34,191 nt of DNA from a virus (Duplodnaviria > Caudoviricetes): positions 1 through 34,191 of IMG/VR virus record IMGVR_UViG_3300035135_000934; one strand, given 5' to 3'. Position 1 is the stretch's first letter. Every line of letters starts with the position of its first letter. This document shows, in pieces, positions 33,516 through 34,191 of this stretch. Position numbers and translations under genes: made by a program. The notes beneath the pieces are model-generated. The model saw only the letters and a program-made list of their open reading frames with translations. It ran no database searches and was not told the DNA's origin.

Positions 33516-33688
33516 TGAGTGAAGTGAAGTGGTATTGTCGTGGTGAACTCGGGGAGTATATTCTCGATCAAGTTGAGTCGGTTCTCGATGGGTCTATTAC
33601 CCGTCAAGCATTTTGGTTCAAGATGGATCGTCAAGGTCTCTCTGCCGATGAGATTCGTGACTTGATGTATCAGGAAGGAATCTGTTAA
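33515..33688 (+). CDS. Small early hypothetical protein (57 aa; not in ORF track)
   Basis: TAATG coupling; MSEVKWYCRGELGEYILDQV... Confidence 0.65.
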   Translation: MSEVKWYCRGELGEYILDQVESVLDGSITRQAFWFKMDRQGLSADEIRDLMYQEGIC

Positions 33689-33697
33689 AAATTTACA

Positions 33698-33783
33698 TAA
33701 AAAAGTTTTCAAAAAGTGTTGACAGACGTTTCCAAAAGATGTTATACTTACCCTGTAAGTTAATGAGATAGAGAGTTTTGATT
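33698..33783 (+). promoter_or_regulatory. Early promoter (repeat copy 3)
   Basis: A-tract, TTGACAGACGTTTC, 18 bp, TATACT 33743-33748, leader TACCCTGTAAGTTAATGA. Confidence 0.8.
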
Positions 33784-34077
33784 ATGACTGATATTTTAGA
33801 AATCCACGCAGTGACTGAGTACTACCGTTGTGCGTTCCGCCCCAACGATCCAGAGTTGACTGTTGCCGAAGTCCTTGACTTCATCGAGTATATGCAGTTG
33901 TTCTACTGCGGTGAAGAGGCAATCTACCCCTACGACTTCACTATCCCAGAGATCTGTCAAGGTATGATTGACCGATTCAAGGGTCGTCCGTCTTTTGACT
34001 TTGACGGTGACAGCATCGACCGCGAGATTGTCCGCGACATGATCTTGGACGCTCGCGAGCGAGTGGAGGCGGCGTAA
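33784..34077 (+). CDS. Acidic early hypothetical protein
   Basis: GAGAG RBS; FDGDSIDREIVRD motif. Confidence 0.7.
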   Translation: MTDILEIHAVTEYYRCAFRPNDPELTVAEVLDFIEYMQLFYCGEEAIYPYDFTIPEICQGMIDRFKGRPSFDFDGDSIDREIVRDMILDARERVEAA

Positions 34078-34191
34078 TGACCCAAGTAGAAATGGAACTC
34101 TTTGAGCGAATGCTCCAAACCCACGACTGGACGTATCACTACAGTGACGATCATCGTTACTACGTCAAGGGTCGTGATGAAGCCCAACGAA
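34077..34191 (+). CDS. 5' part of a hypothetical protein (runs off window)
   Basis: GGAGG RBS, TAATG coupling; HDWTYHYSDDHRYY motif. Confidence 0.7.
   Translation, partial: MTQVEMELFERMLQTHDWTYHYSDDHRYYVKGRDEAQR

Overview
A 34 kb segment of a large lytic T4-like (myovirus-type) dsDNA phage genome, most plausibly infecting an aquatic proteobacterium. Support: dense, almost entirely + strand genes; T4 late promoters (TATAAATA); repeated sigma70-type early promoters; class Ia nrdA/nrdB; conserved T4-like hypothetical genes; and eight CCA-encoding tRNAs (Glu, Asn, Leu, Asp, Arg, Gln, Ser, Ala). The left 13 kb is a tRNA/accessory region. It holds host-like metabolic genes (isocitrate lyase, di-haem cytochrome c peroxidase lipoprotein, PsiE), a PvuII-like nuclease / ParB-like / N6-methyltransferase triad, small paralogous membrane and lipoproteins, and several unannotated structured intergenic elements. 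From about 10 to 27.7 kb lies a late-promoter cluster of proteins sharing a T4 capsid-targeting-like N-terminus (M-x-x-F-x-x-F/Y-L/I-x-E), interleaved with two LamG virion proteins. The right end holds nrdA (with a fused glutaredoxin), nrdB, apt, an MTA/SAH nucleosidase, a GIY-YIG nuclease and small early genes. The most striking unexplained element is at 9483-9589: two tandem H-type pseudoknots with fully compensatory stems, each followed by a tract that reads as the reverse complement of a tRNA 3' end (apparently tRNA-Leu), but not of the phage's own tRNA-Leu. This is a candidate tRNA-binding (anti-tRNA) RNA. All family assignments come from motif recognition by eye; no searches were run.
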